From positions 288,001 through 352,000 of the forward strand of contig CAWBNQ010000005.1 in the NCBI GenBank assembly GCA_963790205.1: 64,000 bases of DNA, in the 5' to 3' direction. Position numbers and translations under genes: made by a program. This DNA comes from Nitrospirota bacterium (GTDB lineage Bacteria; Nitrospirota; UBA9217). Shown here one piece after another: positions 29,598-39,362 of this stretch. How positions within the stretch are numbered: position 1 is the stretch's first letter; each line of letters starts with the position of its first letter. Under the pieces are notes generated by a model. The model saw only the letters and a list, made by a program, of their open reading frames with translations. It ran no database searches and had not been told where the DNA came from.

Positions 29598-31754
29598 TCA
29601 TCTATCAAGTACCTCACGGACCTTTTTGAGAAATTCCTGAGGAGAAACCGGTTTGTACAAAAAGTGTACTGCCCCGTCGAGCAGTTCCTTCTGCTGCATG
29701 CTGTCTAGGGGATATCCGCTCTGGAAAAGAATCTTTGCGTGAGGGCGCATTTTCATGATCGCATCCCCAGCTTCTTTGCCGCTCATCTTGGGCATGACAA
29801 TATCAAGTACCACCAAGTGAATAGCATCCTGGTTTTCCTGAAACTTGCGCACGGCTTCTTGGCCATCCTTTGCCTCTATGACACGATATCCAAAATCCTT
29901 CAAAAAAGTGGAGATGATATTCCGAAGCGAGTTATCATCTTCGGCTACCAGGATCGTTTCCGAACCGCCTTTAACACTTTCGAGTTGTGTCGACGCCGTC
30001 GTGTCTACCTCGGCCTTGGTTAACGGCAGATAGATTTTAAAAGTCGTGCCTTTACCGAGTTCGCTATAAACATTAATATATCCGTTGTGCTGTTTGATGA
30101 TTCCATATACGATGGCAAGACCCAGCCCGGTGCCTTTCCCCACATCCTTCGTAGTATAGAAGGGTTCAAATATTTTCTTTAATGATCTTTCATCAATACC
30201 GCTGCCAGTGTCCGTAACAGAGATCAGGGCATAGGCTCCTTTCGTGCCGTATCCATGAACTCTACAAAATCCTTCGTCGAGTTTAACCATATCTGTTGAG
30301 ATGTACAGGGATCCCCCAGAGGGCATAGCATCCCGGGCATTCACCGCCAGGTTCATGAGAACCTGTTCTATCTGTCCACTATCGGCTAAAATGCCCAATT
30401 CTCTGTCGTAGAGCTTGACATCAAGGCTGACGTCTTCCCCGATAATTCTTACGAGCAGCTTCTGCATCCGCTTCACGATCTCGTTCAGTTTAACGGGCGT
30501 CATCCTTATGATCTGCTTCCTACTGAAGGCGAGGAGGCCCTGAGTCAACTGGGCAGCCCTGTTTGACGACTCCATGATATGGTCAACATTCAGCCGCAGC
30601 GGGTCATCGTTATTCATTTTCATCTGAAGCAAGCTGCCATATCCGATGATCGCGGAAAGGATGTTGTTGAAGTCATGAGCAATACCGCCTGCGAGTGTGC
30701 CAATGGCCTCCATCTTCTGTGCATGATATAATTGCACCTCGAGCCCCTTTTTTTCCGTAATATCGCTGATGGTCTCGATGGCCGATACGATGTTTCCCGA
30801 GCCGTCGTAAAGAGGATATGCCTTGGTTTCTACATAGACATTTCCGCCAACAGCATCATGGTGGGTGTGAATGGCGGTATGGGGTTTTCCAGTTTTAAAG
30901 GCGCGCCTGACAGAGCAGTTTTCTCCGATTGTATAACAAGGTTTGTTGACGCGATAGGTCAACTCGTAGCAATGCTTGCCAACAACGTTTTCGAGTGTCA
31001 TCCCCACGGTGTTTAAGTATGCCCTGTTTGCAGAAAGTATTTTCATATCCCGGTCAACAACAATAAACCCTTCATCTACGGTTTCAAGAATATTGTGAAT
31101 AAATTTCTCGCTCTCCTTCAGTTTGTATTCATTTTTTAGAAGTTCGGTTTTCATCTTTTCGAAATAGATCAGCAGCATAGCGATTGCCGCAGTGATCCCA
31201 AGTGACTCGCCGAGCGAATACCCCCAAGGCGCAAACCAGGTAATGTCCCTCAAAAAGGGATAATCTCCCTTATGTATACCCCACATAATAAAGGTCCAGC
31301 CAATAAGGTACTTTCCGATGCCCTTAAGGTCATGAGAGCGAAGAAAGACAATACCAGTCCATATATAGATGGCCGCCAAAAAGGTAAAGGTTGGAACGGT
31401 CAGCGAGAAAAAACTGAAATCTGACATGATCGCCACGACAATCCACAATGCAAGAAGGACTGTGCTGAAAAGCCAAACCTTCGACTTGCCGCGACCAAGG
31501 AACATTGAAACGCCCCAAACGAGAAGCAACCCGCTGACAAGGGCGAGTTCGTGATACCCGATATCAAACGCCTTATTTTTGCCAAAAAGGAGCGCCAGTA
31601 TAAGGAAGCAAAATCTGAGGAAGTATAAAGCCCAGCTTATGCACCAGATAGCAAGATAGCGGTGGCGATCCTGTGTGTATAGGTAGAAGTAAACCAAGGA
31701 CAGCAAAAAGCTACCTGTCATAGAAGCAAGTGTTGCCGGCAACAACCAGCTCAT
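29598..31754 (-). CDS. Hybrid sensor histidine kinase (7TM-PAS-HisKA-HATPase-REC)
   Basis: AGGIAHDFNN, NLAVNARDAM, DTGSG, GTGLGL; C-terminal receiver. Confidence 0.95.
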   Translation of the reverse strand: MSWLLPATLASMTGSFLLSLVYFYLYTQDRHRYLAIWCISWALYFLRFCFLILALLFGKNKAFDIGYHELALVSGLLLVWGVSMFLGRGKSKVWLFSTVLLALWIVVAIMSDFSFFSLTVPTFTFLAAIYIWTGIVFLRSHDLKGIGKYLIGWTFIMWGIHKGDYPFLRDITWFAPWGYSLGESLGITAAIAMLLIYFEKMKTELLKNEYKLKESEKFIHNILETVDEGFIVVDRDMKILSANRAYLNTVGMTLENVVGKHCYELTYRVNKPCYTIGENCSVRRAFKTGKPHTAIHTHHDAVGGNVYVETKAYPLYDGSGNIVSAIETISDITEKKGLEVQLYHAQKMEAIGTLAGGIAHDFNNILSAIIGYGSLLQMKMNNDDPLRLNVDHIMESSNRAAQLTQGLLAFSRKQIIRMTPVKLNEIVKRMQKLLVRIIGEDVSLDVKLYDRELGILADSGQIEQVLMNLAVNARDAMPSGGSLYISTDMVKLDEGFCRVHGYGTKGAYALISVTDTGSGIDERSLKKIFEPFYTTKDVGKGTGLGLAIVYGIIKQHNGYINVYSELGKGTTFKIYLPLTKAEVDTTASTQLESVKGGSETILVAEDDNSLRNIISTFLKDFGYRVIEAKDGQEAVRKFQENQDAIHLVVLDIVMPKMSGKEAGDAIMKMRPHAKILFQSGYPLDSMQQKELLDGAVHFLYKPVSPQEFLKKVREVLDR

Positions 31755-31922
31755 AGATTTATCCTTTTGTCATCCCTTCGTCATGTTACAAGTGATAATC
31801 GCTTCTAAACGATGCTATCCCCTCAGGCCGCTTTCTCTGCGCGGTCATCTCTTTGAAGACCCGCTCCATTTTCACAGTAGTGACATGCTCTCCCATGTTG
31901 ATATCGCCTTTTCCGTGATGTT

Positions 31923-32327
31923 CTATCTTTTTTCGACAAGGCTTTTTATTTTGTCGAGCAAATCGTAAACCTCAAAGGGTTTTTCTAAATATTCGCATAC
32001 CCCCAGGGCGGTCGACTCGGCCACGGTGTTGCCGTGTTTGCTCGCCGTAACCATCATCACCGGGATAGAAGGAAAAGACCTCTTCATTTCCTTCAACACA
32101 TCCATACCGGAAATCCCGGGCAGTTTGAAATCAAGCAACATAAGATCAATGTTGCCTAAAATCTTTAACGCATTGAAGGCCTCTTCGCCGGACGAAGCAA
32201 TAAAAATGTCATAATTATCTTCCAGGGCATATTGGTAAAACTGGATCAGGGCCGGCTCGTCTTCCACCACAAGGATGACCTTCTTCCCGGATTTTTCCCG
32301 GAACTTGCGTAAAGCGGACTTCCCCAT
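31923..32327 (-). CDS. Single-domain response regulator
   Basis: VVEDE, LLDFKLPGISG, EKPF. Confidence 0.9.
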   Translation of the reverse strand: MGKSALRKFREKSGKKVILVVEDEPALIQFYQYALEDNYDIFIASSGEEAFNALKILGNIDLMLLDFKLPGISGMDVLKEMKRSFPSIPVMMVTASKHGNTVAESTALGVCEYLEKPFEVYDLLDKIKSLVEKR

Positions 32328-32364
32328 AATAAAGGCTCCATTGTTGAGCGCTGAAAAATCAATT

Positions 32365-32742
32365 CTATCTTTTCAGCTCATCGCGGACCGCCTGCTTTAA
32401 GGCGTCCGGGGTAAAAGGCTTTTTAAGGTAGCGCAACCTGCTTGCGGGAATCCCGTGACGGTCAAGGACCTCGTCCGGATGTCCTGACATGAAAATTATT
32501 TTGATCGTCGGATGACAGGATAAAATAACGCGGGCAAGCTCCGCCCCGTTCAATATCGGCATGACCACGTCAACCAGAAGAACGTCGATCGGCGCACCAG
32601 AGGCGTCAATCCGCTTCAATGCTTCTACTCCGTCTCTCGCTTCGAGAACCTGAAATTCCGAAGTTCTGAAAATATCGGCGACAAGCTGACAAATGGCAGG
32701 GTCATCATCTACAACGAGTATGCATTTTGTTTTTTCAATCAT
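32365..32742 (-). CDS. Single-domain response regulator
   Basis: VVDDD, LVDVVMP, MSG, KKPF. Confidence 0.9.
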   Translation of the reverse strand: MIEKTKCILVVDDDPAICQLVADIFRTSEFQVLEARDGVEALKRIDASGAPIDVLLVDVVMPILNGAELARVILSCHPTIKIIFMSGHPDEVLDRHGIPASRLRYLKKPFTPDALKQAVRDELKR

Positions 32743-32972
32743 AAGAGGCCCACATGCGATGCCACAAACAAAGGCGATAATTAGAGTTATTGATCAGCGG
32801 CCGTTCTTATCCCGGCATGTCCGTGGACATTGAGCATCCGCGCCTTGATATGGGACGCAAGTTTTTTTTGGAATTCGCTCGATGTCGAGGTTATATGATG
32901 AGAAACCGGAGGGGACAAAGATTTCCGTAATATCCTCTGGCCGGGCATCCTCGTCTTTGCCAATAAAATAAT

Positions 32973-34274
32973 GGCTCTCCCGGGTTTAGCATGGATACAT
33001 GTCTAGCCCGCCGCAGTGAAAGTAAATTGCTGTCTTGAAGTGTTCCTTGTTCCGAAATCCGTAGGCCATCTTTTTGATTGTCTGTATCTTGCTGTTGAGC
33101 CCTTCGCTGACCGCATTCGTTATGCGGTGCTGAAGATAAGTCAGAACGTTAGCAATATGTCTTTTGATCGTTCCTGCTGCGTCAATGATTGGCTTCAGCC
33201 TGCTGTGTGTTGCCCAGAAATACCACCGCTTCCAGAATTTCCTCGCTGACTCGGCATAGTTGTAATGCCACAACTTCCGAAACGTCTCCTTGATGGCCCA
33301 CGCGCGTCCTACCTTCAACTCAAGCTTTTGTAATGCGGCAAATTCCCTGCGGCGTTTCTCCGGAACGTTCTCCTTGCTGTACAGCCACAAGTACTTACTC
33401 CCCTTGAGCGTTTCGTCACCTTCTTTCATCCGCTGCCGATGTTCCTGCTTTCGTACCGTGTCTACCGCTTTCCCGAGGTAGCCCATAATGTGGAACCGGT
33501 CGAAAACGATCTTGCTCTCGGCACCAGGCACATGGGCACGCGTCGCCTCAAGGTAGGGCTCCCACATGTCCATTGCAACCGCCTCGAGGCCTTCTAATTG
33601 CTCCGGCGTCAGACTCTTGTAATAGCTCTCCAGACTGCTCTGTTTGCGGTCATCCTCGATGTGCTCTACCGTGCCTCCGTCTATATCGCTTACCAGCGTC
33701 AGGTATGTATGACCCTTGGCAATGGCTTTCTCATCGACGCCGATCCGGGGAACGACGCGGTCTTGTTTCCGAAGCTTTCCGCGCTCTACGGCGCGTTCCA
33801 TGAGGTTCCATGCTTCGTCCCAGCTTATCCGCAAGATCTTCGTGGCCCCGGTTATATCGCACTCCCGAAGAACATCTATGGCCAACCGCTCAAATAAAAC
33901 CGTGAATCGTGACTTCGGTTCCGCCCAAGGGACCCGAACCTGCAAAATCCCATGCTCTGCACACGTTATGCGGGGAATACGCGCATGCAAGTACGTCTTG
34001 AACTGGCAACTGTCAAGGTGACGCCATAACCGCTCTTCGGCATGATCATAGACCGTCGACTCCTTCGAGCATTCCGGACAAGACCATACTGCGTCCTTCT
34101 CATGTTCCACCCATACATCTACCCGCTGCTGCTTTACATCCAGTTCAACTTGACTGACACTCCAGGGTGACTTCAATCCCAGCAATTGCTGATAAAGTCC
34201 GGTATCCTGCATGATCGCCTCCTCAGGCGACCATCCTATCACATATTTCTACCCACGGGAAAGCCGGAAGAATC
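32973..34274 (-). mobile_element. ISL3 family insertion sequence
   Basis: Imperfect IR GGCTCTCCCGG/GATTCTTCCGG; 8-bp direct repeat AAAATAAT at 32965-32972 and 34275-34282. Confidence 0.93.
32986..34212 (-). CDS. ISL3 transposase
   Basis: CPEC zinc finger, IGVDE, AMDMW, DRFH, TNAVSEGLNSKIQ. Confidence 0.95.
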   Translation of the reverse strand: MQDTGLYQQLLGLKSPWSVSQVELDVKQQRVDVWVEHEKDAVWSCPECSKESTVYDHAEERLWRHLDSCQFKTYLHARIPRITCAEHGILQVRVPWAEPKSRFTVLFERLAIDVLRECDITGATKILRISWDEAWNLMERAVERGKLRKQDRVVPRIGVDEKAIAKGHTYLTLVSDIDGGTVEHIEDDRKQSSLESYYKSLTPEQLEGLEAVAMDMWEPYLEATRAHVPGAESKIVFDRFHIMGYLGKAVDTVRKQEHRQRMKEGDETLKGSKYLWLYSKENVPEKRRREFAALQKLELKVGRAWAIKETFRKLWHYNYAESARKFWKRWYFWATHSRLKPIIDAAGTIKRHIANVLTYLQHRITNAVSEGLNSKIQTIKKMAYGFRNKEHFKTAIYFHCGGLDMYPC

Positions 34275-34380
34275 AAAATAATAAGCGTCTGACGGCAAAT
34301 GCTTTCGGTACCGGAGGAGAAGTTCCCTGACAGAAAGTTTTGAGAGATTACATGCATCAGAGTCCATGGTACATCCCCTT

Positions 34381-34968
34381 TCAGGCGGGAGAGGTCGGGT
34401 CTTTTTTCTTTATAATATAGTTGTCAGGATTTTCATCACCCTGGAGGAACCTGCGGGAATCGTATTCCCAAGGGAAGCATTCTCCCTTTACGGTGTCGCA
34501 GGCTATGCAGGCAGGGACCCAATTCTCCCTGCAGCGCTCCCCGTTATTTAAATCACTGGACCTATGATATGGCTCTAGATGTTGTTTCCGAGGATCAGTC
34601 CTAATGCCCAAAGTATGATCGGCAACTCCAAGAATCATTTCATACAAATCTTGCTGAGATGTTTCGAACAGTGCAAGTCTGTTTTTATCAAGATGAACCA
34701 GCATAGCAACAAGAGCCGTTCTTTTATTCCCGTTATAAAAAGGACGATCATTGCATAAGCCATAGGCAAGTGTTGCAGCATTGCCTATGGGGTCTGGATA
34801 TTTTAGAGTATTACCGATACTTGTATCTTGTCTGAAAACAGCAGAAGCGAGCAAATCAAGGCTTCGAGTACCAGGAGGAGAAATAGGATCACCTGACTCT
34901 GCAAAATCTTCTACCAAAAATTCATGTATTTGAAGAACATCTTCAATGGACAATGTCTCTATCGACAT
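34381..34968 (-). CDS. Fic/Doc family protein with degenerate motif, fused to an HNH-like tail (possibly chimeric pseudogene)
   Basis: RPFYNGNKRTA (canonical HPF..GNKR); tail NWVPACIACDTVKG. Confidence 0.75.
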   Translation of the reverse strand: MSIETLSIEDVLQIHEFLVEDFAESGDPISPPGTRSLDLLASAVFRQDTSIGNTLKYPDPIGNAATLAYGLCNDRPFYNGNKRTALVAMLVHLDKNRLALFETSQQDLYEMILGVADHTLGIRTDPRKQHLEPYHRSSDLNNGERCRENWVPACIACDTVKGECFPWEYDSRRFLQGDENPDNYIIKKKDPTSPA

Positions 34969-35296
34969 TATTATCTCCCAGCGTATAGCGTTGAGATCAC
35001 TGTATTATTCATTTTATTTTGAATATACGCTTTGAATCGAGGGCTGTCAACGATATTGATTGGCAGATAGAATACTCAATGGGTAGTAAGCAAATAATTT
35101 TCAAGTGAAGTGTTAAACAGTTTCAAAGAATGTCAACAGCATCTTTCAGGAAGTGTCCGTCAATGCATGACTGTATCATAAAATTAAAACTTCATACGTA
35201 CTTTTCAGTGATGGTAAGCAAATAACGTGCTGTGAAAGAGGTGCCTGTTTAATCGGGGACCACTGTCCGGTTTCCGCGACAATCGGTGACCGACGT

Positions 35297-37135
35297 CTAA
35301 CTGTTATTAATATCTTCTTCGATCTCCATAGAGGTACCTGCATCATGGTCGGCCGCCCTCTTATCCCCAAACGGCTCCCGTTTCTTTCTTTCGACCGCTT
35401 CATTTGACTGAGCGGCCTGCTCCGTCTTTTGTGCAAACGATTCTTGTTCGTCAACGATGTTTTTAAGCAGGAGATCATTGCGTACGTCAAAGGGCTCCTG
35501 GCGTTCCGCATAGTGTTTGTATTGAAAGCGGATTTTGGTGATAGAGTAATTTGCGATCTTTAAATATGCCTCCAGGTCCTCAAGGTTCATGATTTCGCTG
35601 GGCATCACCAGGTCCTTTTCGCGCGTGCGCTGCATGAGGGAAACGCCGTCCCTGTTATCTGCCACCCCCATTGAAAGCGTCTGGTCGGTTTCGAGCACTT
35701 CGGTCCTTCCGATACGGTCGGACAGGTATTTTGCCGTAGTCGGATCGGACACCCTGAAGATAAGGCTGTTGCCGCAGGCGTTCAATATTGATTGCGAAAA
35801 TTCCGGGGAGTAAATCTTGTCGATCTGCCCTTTGTCCTGGATTCCGATAAAAACAGCGCCGCCCTTGCTCCGTGACAGGGTCAGGAGATCCTTGATCGTT
35901 GACAACCTCTGGAGCGTCCCGAATTCATCAAGGATAAAGAATATTCTGCGCTCGCGGTCGTCCTTCATGGAAAGAAGCTTCCGGCCGAGGAGGTCGACGA
36001 AGAGCGAAAGAATCGGCCGCAAGGTGTCCTTTACGTCTGCGGAGTTCGTAATAAAAATAGTCCCCGGGCTGGGATCATTCAGCCAGTTCGTGATGCTGAA
36101 TTTCCCGTCCACCTTGGCCATGTATTCAAAGCTCTTCACATACTGCATCATGACCGCGGCCACGCTCATGGCCTGCTTGGAGCTCGCGTCCTGGATGTAG
36201 ACGTATCCTCGCTCACCCCCTTTCGTATTCTTAAGCCAACCCGCGATATTTGTGATCGGCGCGGTGACAGCCGTCCAGATGGATCCGTTCGACAGCGCAT
36301 CGTTCTGATAAAGGTGGTGAAGAATTCCGCTGAACACGTCACGGGCCGCGTCATTCCAGAACGGGTCCTGCATATAGGACTGAGAGATCAGGCTGTACGC
36401 CGTAGCGTCGATGTCCATGTACGCCGTAAGCTCGTTAAAGAGGTTCCAGCCCAGGCAGCGCTTATCAAGGGGGTTAAAGATGATGTCCCGCTTAGGGTCG
36501 TAGAACTTGGCGAGATAGTCTCCCTTGAAGTCGTAGACGATCATTTTTTCTTCGCGCTTGATAAGCGTCTCGATCATTTGACTTGCCTGGTTCGTTTTGC
36601 CGGTTCCCGGAGCACCGATAAAAAGAAGATGCTTGACCTCGGCGTCCTTGGGCAAGTTCACCGGCCCGACCGGAAGATCGGGTTTGTCTCCATCGGGTCC
36701 CATCTTCCTGGATTTCATCTTCCTGGTAAGCTCTTCGGGGGTGATCAAGAGCGCCCCCCTGACATATTTATCGCGGCCCTGCTCTTTTGCGCGCTTTTTA
36801 AAATAAGCCAGCAGGAGCGGGTAAACCGCAAGGTAGCTGGGAATTCCGGAAACAACAAAGAGTGCGAACAATTTCCAAAGCATTCCATAAAACGCGTCCC
36901 GCAGATAGCCGTCCTGAACTCTTGAAAGCGGGTTAAGGAGACGGTCGGACATGCAGCGTCCGTAATGGAGCGCAAGCCTCATCGATCCCTCGGGCATGAA
37001 AATCATACTCACAATCACAAAGATGACGATATTGACCACAAAGCAGTACATGAAAATTGCCGAGTACATCTTTACGGCCATGCGAAAGGCATTCCACCAT
37101 GTCTCGTGGCCTTGATAGGCACTGTTCTTGTACAT
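35297..37135 (-). CDS. Type IV secretion coupling protein (TraD/TrwB-like)
   Basis: Two N-terminal TMs, GAPGTGKT, IFNPLDKR..WN, DPFWNDAA, ILDEF. Confidence 0.92.
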   Translation of the reverse strand: MYKNSAYQGHETWWNAFRMAVKMYSAIFMYCFVVNIVIFVIVSMIFMPEGSMRLALHYGRCMSDRLLNPLSRVQDGYLRDAFYGMLWKLFALFVVSGIPSYLAVYPLLLAYFKKRAKEQGRDKYVRGALLITPEELTRKMKSRKMGPDGDKPDLPVGPVNLPKDAEVKHLLFIGAPGTGKTNQASQMIETLIKREEKMIVYDFKGDYLAKFYDPKRDIIFNPLDKRCLGWNLFNELTAYMDIDATAYSLISQSYMQDPFWNDAARDVFSGILHHLYQNDALSNGSIWTAVTAPITNIAGWLKNTKGGERGYVYIQDASSKQAMSVAAVMMQYVKSFEYMAKVDGKFSITNWLNDPSPGTIFITNSADVKDTLRPILSLFVDLLGRKLLSMKDDRERRIFFILDEFGTLQRLSTIKDLLTLSRSKGGAVFIGIQDKGQIDKIYSPEFSQSILNACGNSLIFRVSDPTTAKYLSDRIGRTEVLETDQTLSMGVADNRDGVSLMQRTREKDLVMPSEIMNLEDLEAYLKIANYSITKIRFQYKHYAERQEPFDVRNDLLLKNIVDEQESFAQKTEQAAQSNEAVERKKREPFGDKRAADHDAGTSMEIEEDINNS

Positions 37136-37150
37136 CCCATAACCTCCTCG

Positions 37151-37537
37151 TCAGCTCACCAACGATGCTACAAGAGCCGCGGTCTCGGAATCAGATTCCC
37201 CATGGTTGTCACCATTTTCCCGTGAGGCCCCCGACGGTACCGGAGAACCGGCCGGATTTGATCGATCCTTCCGGGAAACGGCCGGGTTGCTCCCCGGCTT
37301 TGGAACATTCGAACCAGACCGATCAGCAGGCCGGCAGGGCTGCCGTTCTTCCGATGACAGCGCTGCCGGCTTTTTTGCCAGGGAACATCCCGAGAGGCAG
37401 CCAAGCAACAGGCGTTTCAGAAACTCGTTTCGGGATTGGTCCACTTGGCTGACCCGTTTCTGAAGCAAGTCAAACAGCCTGCGGTCATCGTCCTTCTTGA
37501 GATTGAGACGCACTGATATGATCTCTATGTCCGCCAT
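37151..37537 (-). CDS. Putative ParR-like adaptor (RHH-like N-terminus, disordered tail)
   Basis: Overlaps the parM 3' end; ISVRLNL...SRNEFLKRLL. Confidence 0.55.
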   Translation of the reverse strand: MADIEIISVRLNLKKDDDRRLFDLLQKRVSQVDQSRNEFLKRLLLGCLSGCSLAKKPAALSSEERQPCRPADRSGSNVPKPGSNPAVSRKDRSNPAGSPVPSGASRENGDNHGESDSETAALVASLVS

Positions 37538-38540
37538 GTGAGCCCTCTGCGCCGTTTTGGTCGGGCATCGCCTTAGCCGCCCTGTAGAAGCCGATGACGT
37601 TGGCGAACCGCGGGTTCTGGTGCACCAGGAAATGCCGATTGAGGGCCAGGATTTCATCTCGAAGGAGCAGCGCGCCCCCTCCGGTCAGCACAACCTTGTC
37701 CGGCCGTATCTCGCTCAGAACTACCTTGATTTCGTCGGTGACATCCCTGGCCATTTGTGACTTGTACTGGGTGGTGCGCTTCCAGAAATCCTGCCGCACG
37801 ACCTCTCCGTTGACTTTCAAAGTCGAGCTGCCGAAATGGTGAATGATGTTCCTGTGGATTTTGACCTCTTCGTTCGGCCTCATCTTGCCGTACTCGGATT
37901 CAAGGTCGGCCTTTATCTTTCCGAACAACTGGATCATGCCGGACAGACTTGAGGCCCTCCTGGCCGCGAGTTTGCCGCGCTCCAGAATGACGAAATTGAT
38001 CGTCCCGTACCCGATATCCACGATTGCCATCTGATCATGGAAGTACGGGCTCGTCTTCTGGTACCGGAAATTCTCGTCGAGCACGAGAGAAAGATAGGTT
38101 CCCAGGGGCTCGGCCATGACGTTCGCCCTGAGCGTGAAAGTGATGGACTTCTCGTTGATAATGGCGTGCTTCGTGCCGGAATATATCTCTTTGACCCTAT
38201 CGACCTTTTGCCTGCTGGTTGCCGTGCTGACCGGGAGGCCGAGGACGATATCGGCTTCGGTAATGCCCATCCTGGCAAGGGCAAGCAGGATGAAGGGGAT
38301 GTTGATTTCGTCGCTCTTTTCCTCGTCGGTCTTCCACACGAAGCTGGTTCCCAGCACAGCGTCCTCGCCGAGGATGAGGTCCTCGCCGTTGTACCGGATC
38401 GCCGATAATTGAGCCCCCGGGTCCGCCACGATCTGCGCAAGCCGCCCCCCTGCCCGCCACTTGGGGATTTCCCCAGATCCCTTGTCCGAGACGTACTTGA
38501 CGCTTGAATTGCCGATATCGACGCCTACTTTGTCCGCCAT
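37485..38540 (-). CDS. ParM/StbA actin-like ATPase
   Basis: GVDIGNSSVK, VLGLP, AEP, IVDIGYGT, LTGGGA, FANVIG. Confidence 0.9.
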   Translation of the reverse strand: MADKVGVDIGNSSVKYVSDKGSGEIPKWRAGGRLAQIVADPGAQLSAIRYNGEDLILGEDAVLGTSFVWKTDEEKSDEINIPFILLALARMGITEADIVLGLPVSTATSRQKVDRVKEIYSGTKHAIINEKSITFTLRANVMAEPLGTYLSLVLDENFRYQKTSPYFHDQMAIVDIGYGTINFVILERGKLAARRASSLSGMIQLFGKIKADLESEYGKMRPNEEVKIHRNIIHHFGSSTLKVNGEVVRQDFWKRTTQYKSQMARDVTDEIKVVLSEIRPDKVVLTGGGALLLRDEILALNRHFLVHQNPRFANVIGFYRAAKAMPDQNGAEGSHGGHRDHISASQSQEGR

Positions 38541-38650
38541 ATTCCTCTCCTTTCAGATTTGATGTGATGTCACATCATTTTTTACGATGCTTTAGCAATG
38601 AATTACCGGAAGTTTGAATTTCCGATGACTAAGATATCTTCGCCGCATTT

Positions 38651-39025
38651 TCATTGTCTGCCAAGTTGTCTCGACACAAATGGTGAAGCCTGGCCGAGTA
38701 ACATGATAATTCGATGTTGCTCGGCTGACCTCTTGTCCAACAAGGCAACGATACGTTTAATCTCTTTGAGTTCCGGACTATGTCCGTTGCCGTCACCGGA
38801 AGCGTTGAGGCCAGCCGATATGATTTTGAATTCCTCCCGGAGGGCCTCGATTTCCCGTAAATGGTTGTCCTTGATCTCCTGAAGGATTTCGACAAATGAT
38901 CGTTTGTCGTGGTCGTTTCTGATCAGGTCCCTGATGTAGTCGGAAAGGGTCTTTCCGTTTCTCATCGCTCCTGCTTCGAGGATCTTTTGATCGTTGTCTG
39001 TCAGCTTTACTCCCAGAAATGGCAT
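38651..39025 (-). CDS. Ribbon-helix-helix protein with coiled coil (relaxosome accessory or regulator)
   Basis: LGVKLTD...GKTLSDYIRDLI; GGAGG RBS. Confidence 0.7.
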   Translation of the reverse strand: MPFLGVKLTDNDQKILEAGAMRNGKTLSDYIRDLIRNDHDKRSFVEILQEIKDNHLREIEALREEFKIISAGLNASGDGNGHSPELKEIKRIVALLDKRSAEQHRIIMLLGQASPFVSRQLGRQ

Positions 39026-39058
39026 CTCGTTTTCCCTCCCGATACTGACGCAATTCTG

Positions 39059-39270
39059 AAAGTGATGTGATGTTACATCACATCACTTTTGAAACCGATG
39101 AACGGTTAAACGGCGTTTAACCGTGAAATTGCTGAAATAAATCCCTCAAGACACGTACCTGGTTAAACGCACCGTTTAACCGTAAAAACGTCGATAAAAC
39201 AATCAAATGCCGCATGTTCCGCATCCTCATGTTTAACACGCCGCTCAACGTTAGTTGAGTGGTGTGTGAT
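39059..39270. repeat. Inverted-repeat cluster (candidate oriT and/or RHH operator)
   Basis: AAAGTGATGTGATGT-T-ACATCACATCACTTT; two GGTTAAAC...GTTTAACC palindromes; hairpin ACACGCCGCTCAAC-GTTA-GTTGAGTGGTGTGT. Confidence 0.6.
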
Positions 39271-39362
39271 GGACGACGTTCCGAACGCCGAAAGGAGCTG
39301 CCCGAACGGCAGCCACTCAAAGCTACTACATACAAGCAGTGATGCCCGTGCGAGAAATACAA

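Noticed and set aside
1..35296. Second att site (copy of the tRNA-Ala 3' end) marking the element's left boundary
   Set aside because: Not found by eye; it needs an exact search and may lie outside the window
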